This document shows positions 61,662 through 64,000 of a DNA stretch of 64,000 nucleotides, one piece after another. Position numbers and translations under genes: made by a program. Each line of letters begins with the position of its first letter. Positions within the stretch are counted from its first letter, which is position 1. The notes under the pieces were generated by a model that saw nothing but the letters and a program-made list of their open reading frames with translations, searched no databases and had not been told where the DNA came from. The DNA lies in contig CAVTVU010000012.1 of assembly GCA_963738305.1 (NCBI GenBank), forward strand, positions 40,302 through 104,301, read 5' to 3'. Origin of the DNA: an uncultured Actinomycetes bacterium (GTDB lineage Bacteria; Actinomycetota; Thermoleophilia; Solirubrobacterales; 70-9).

Positions 61662-62711
61662 TCAGGCGAGACGGTGACGGGCTAGCGCGCCCTCGTCGAC
61701 CTCCACGCCGAGGCCGGCCCCGCCGGGCAGCTGAAGCAGGCCGTTGCCCAGCTCGCACTCGGTCGAGGCGATCGTCGCGGAGAACAGCCGCTGGGTGGCG
61801 AGGCCGTGGGCGACGCCGGCGTCGCCGCCGCTCTCGCGCAATGCCTGGGCCGCGTGAGCCGCCGCGGCGATCCCGACCGGGCCGTCGAGGGCGCTGGAGA
61901 GGTAGACGGGAATCTTCGCGGCGATCTCGCGCATCGCTGCGAACCCGCCGACCTTGGAGAGCTTCACCGTGGCCAGGTCGCAGGCGCCGAGCGCCGCCGC
62001 CTCTCCGGCCTCTTGGGGGCCGGCGAGGCTCTCGTCGGCAGCGATGCGAACGCCACTCTCGGCACGCACCCGAGCCAGGGCTTCCAACCCATGGACGGGC
62101 TCCTCCGCAAGCTCGATCCCTTGCTCCTTCATTGCCCCGAGCTTCCCCGCGGCTTCTTCAAGGGTCCAGGCGCCGTTCGCATCCACCCTGATTCGCGCCT
62201 CATCGCCAACCGCACCTCTTACCGCCCTCACCTGCTCGACGTCCCCCGGCACGCCCACCTTGAGCTTGAAGCTGCCGAATCCCTCGCCGGCCCAGCCCTC
62301 CGCCTGCGCGGCGACCGCGGCGGGCTCCCCGGCGGTCAGGGTCGCGTTGCAGCGAACCGGTTCGACGCCGGCTGCGCCCAGCTCCTTCCAGACGGGGACG
62401 CGGTGACGGCGCGCCCGCAGATCGAGCAGAGCCGTCTCGACCGCGCCGCCGGCCGGGGAGGAGAGGTGAGCGCTATCACTGCTTCCCGCGACGGCCCGCT
62501 CGCCCCACTCTTCGAGCTCCCTCGCCACCTGCCCCAACGGCTTGCCGCCCCGTAGCGACAGAGGCACTGCCTCACCCAGCCCCGCCATGCCGTCCACATC
62601 GCGAATCCGCAGCAGGATCATCTCCCGCCGCTCGAGCCGGCCCCGCGCCGTGACGTAGGGGTCAGAGAAGGGCAACCAGTATGGGACAACGTCGATCGCA
62701 GCGAGCCGCAT
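61662..62711 (-). CDS. menC: o-succinylbenzoate synthase (enolase superfamily)
   Basis: MR/MLE-type residues are present: FKLKVG, IRVDANGAW, LAEEP, IAADES, VKLSKVGG. It lies between menD and menA. Confidence 0.8.
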   Translation of the reverse strand: MRLAAIDVVPYWLPFSDPYVTARGRLERREMILLRIRDVDGMAGLGEAVPLSLRGGKPLGQVARELEEWGERAVAGSSDSAHLSSPAGGAVETALLDLRARRHRVPVWKELGAAGVEPVRCNATLTAGEPAAVAAQAEGWAGEGFGSFKLKVGVPGDVEQVRAVRGAVGDEARIRVDANGAWTLEEAAGKLGAMKEQGIELAEEPVHGLEALARVRAESGVRIAADESLAGPQEAGEAAALGACDLATVKLSKVGGFAAMREIAAKIPVYLSSALDGPVGIAAAAHAAQALRESGGDAGVAHGLATQRLFSATIASTECELGNGLLQLPGGAGLGVEVDEGALARHRLA

Positions 62712-62715
62712 CGGC

Positions 62716-63597
62716 TCAGGCGGCGATCAGCAGGCCGGCGGAAAGGAGCAGGCTGAAAACGCCGAGCAAGGCACCGGTGCCTGCCAGAGCGCCGTTCAGC
62801 GCCGGGCCGTCGGTCCGCTCGATCACGGCCTGGGCCGGCCGCGCCGACAGCGGCGCCGAGAGCAGCGCCAGTGCGGCCCACCAGGGGCCCGCAGCGACCA
62901 CGAGGGTGAGGACCAGCACGGCATAGGCGCCGCCCAGCAGGCCCAGGTAGAGCCGGCGGGTGCGCTCCCGGCCCAGGCGCACGGCGAGCGTGTTCTTGCC
63001 GGCGCGGCGGTCGGTCTCGAGGTCGCGGACGTTGTTGACGACGAGGATCGCGGTCGCCAGGAAGCCGACCGCGACGGAGAGGCCGAGCGGGAGGAAGGTC
63101 AGCTCTTCGAGCTGGACGTAGTAGGAGCCGTTTACCGCCACCAGGCCGAAGAAGAGGAAGACGAAGAGCTCGCCGAGGCCCGCGTAGCCGTAGGGACGCG
63201 GCCCGCCGGTGTAGAGGACGCCGGCGGCGATCGAGAGGAGGCCGACCAGCAGGATCACCGGGCCGGCCAGGGCGGCCAGGTAGACGCCGCAGGCCACCGC
63301 GACCGCGAAGGCAATCCAGGTCGCGACTAGGACCCTCCGCGGGGCCACCAGGCCCGAGGAGGTCACACGAACGGGCCCGAGCCGGTCGGCGGTGTCGGCT
63401 CCGCGCTTCGCGTCGGAGTAGTCGTTGGCGAGATTTGTCCCGATCTGGATGAAGACGCTGCCGATCAGCGCCGCGACGAACCCGTCCACCCGGGGCAGCT
63501 CGCCGGCCCGCTCGATCGCCGCCGCGGTCCCTACCAGCACCGGCGCCACCGCCGCGGGCAGCGTCCGCGGCCGCGCCGCCATCAGCCAGATTTTCAT
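62716..63597 (-). CDS. menA: 1,4-dihydroxy-2-naphthoate polyprenyltransferase
   Basis: UbiA-family motifs [14 protein letters not shown] and [19 protein letters not shown], with 8-9 TM helices. Confidence 0.9.
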   Translation of the reverse strand: MKIWLMAARPRTLPAAVAPVLVGTAAAIERAGELPRVDGFVAALIGSVFIQIGTNLANDYSDAKRGADTADRLGPVRVTSSGLVAPRRVLVATWIAFAVAVACGVYLAALAGPVILLVGLLSIAAGVLYTGGPRPYGYAGLGELFVFLFFGLVAVNGSYYVQLEELTFLPLGLSVAVGFLATAILVVNNVRDLETDRRAGKNTLAVRLGRERTRRLYLGLLGGAYAVLVLTLVVAAGPWWAALALLSAPLSARPAQAVIERTDGPALNGALAGTGALLGVFSLLLSAGLLIAA

Positions 63598-63646
63598 GCT
63601 CGAGGGGTCCTCCGCTGCGCGTCCGGGCGTGTCGCGGTCCGCGGCA

Positions 63647-64000
63647 CTAGGGGCGTTTCGGGAACCTTGAAAAGTCCGGGGCCCGCCCCTCCTGGTAGGC
63701 GTTTCGACCCTCCTGCCCCTCCTCGCTCATGTAGAAGAGAAGGGTGGCGTCGTGGGAGAGCTGCTGGAGGCCGGTCAGGCCGTCCTCCTCGGCGTTGAAG
63801 CTGGCCTTCAGCAGCCTCAGCGAGAGCGGCGAGAGGTGGCCCATCTCGCGGCACCAAGCGACGGTCTCGCGCTCCAGCTCGGCGAGCGGCACGACCGCGT
63901 TGACGAGGCCCATCGCGAGCGCCTCGCGGGCGTCGTACAGGCGACAGAGGAACCACACCTCCTTGGCGCGCTTGACGCCGATGTTCCGTGCGAGCAGGCT
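63647..64000 (-). CDS. menB: 1,4-dihydroxy-2-naphthoyl-CoA synthase, 5' end outside the window
   Basis: The frame is open to the window edge. ...[42 protein letters not shown]...[19 protein letters not shown]...[24 protein letters not shown]. Confidence 0.9.
   Translation of the reverse strand, partial: SLLARNIGVKRAKEVWFLCRLYDAREALAMGLVNAVVPLAELERETVAWCREMGHLSPLSLRLLKASFNAEEDGLTGLQQLSHDATLLFYMSEEGQEGRNAYQEGRAPDFSRFPKRP

Noticed and set aside
1-64000. Mobile genetic elements, prophage genes, defence systems, toxin-antitoxin pairs, CRISPR arrays, and tRNA or rRNA genes.
   Set aside because: None was recognisable on either strand. The only mobility hint is the short palindromic repeat families reported above.

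Overview
This is a very GC-rich window (visually above 70% G+C, with strong GC3 bias in the real frames). It looks like an actinobacterial-type chromosomal segment, possibly Thermoleophilia/Rubrobacteria-like, but that placement is only a guess. I recognised no rRNA, tRNA, CRISPR array, transposase or integrase.

Gene content in order:
- 1-12.7 kb: a Wzx/Wzy-type surface-polysaccharide cluster. It holds GT4 and GT2 glycosyltransferases, a methyltransferase, a flippase, a Wzy/O-antigen-ligase-like protein, a fused Wzz/BY-kinase, and a second ligase-like protein with a TPR tail.
- 12.8-15.5 kb: a small LPFTG-anchored protein, two tandem coiled-coil paralogs and a sortase.
- 15.7-19.0 kb: argG, then a c-di-AMP (ydaO-type) riboswitch in front of a secreted coiled-coil/Rpf-like transglycosylase, then sixA.
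- 19.2-45.9 kb: housekeeping genes (dnaE, acyl-CoA dehydrogenase, nfo, gltX, cysK-cysE, pcrA, folD, gatCAB, ndh) interspersed with regulators (an HDOD-LuxR fusion, a degenerate-receiver LuxR regulator, Rrf2) and small hypothetical genes.
- 45.9-49.4 kb: a cupredoxin-DUF1501-DUF1800 operon.
- 50.0-55.3 kb: a GT2 plus two GT-C paralogs, divergent from an sqdB-like gene.
- 55.4-64.0 kb: ilvBN, a DUF385/FDOR gene and menF, followed by menD-menC-menA-menB on the opposite strand.

Main observations:
- About 11.8-18.9 kb is densely frameshifted. At least 8 consecutive genes are hit, including argG, while the rest of the window reads cleanly. This is most likely sequence error and needs checking.
- Two families of short intergenic palindromic repeats occur in the window. 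One shows a compensatory stem change, and one copy sits exactly where an MFS gene remnant ends.
- The sqdB/GT-C/GT2 gene set suggests an undescribed lipid-carrier sulfosugar glycosylation route.

All functional calls come from reading the translated ORFs and recalling family motifs. No database search was run.
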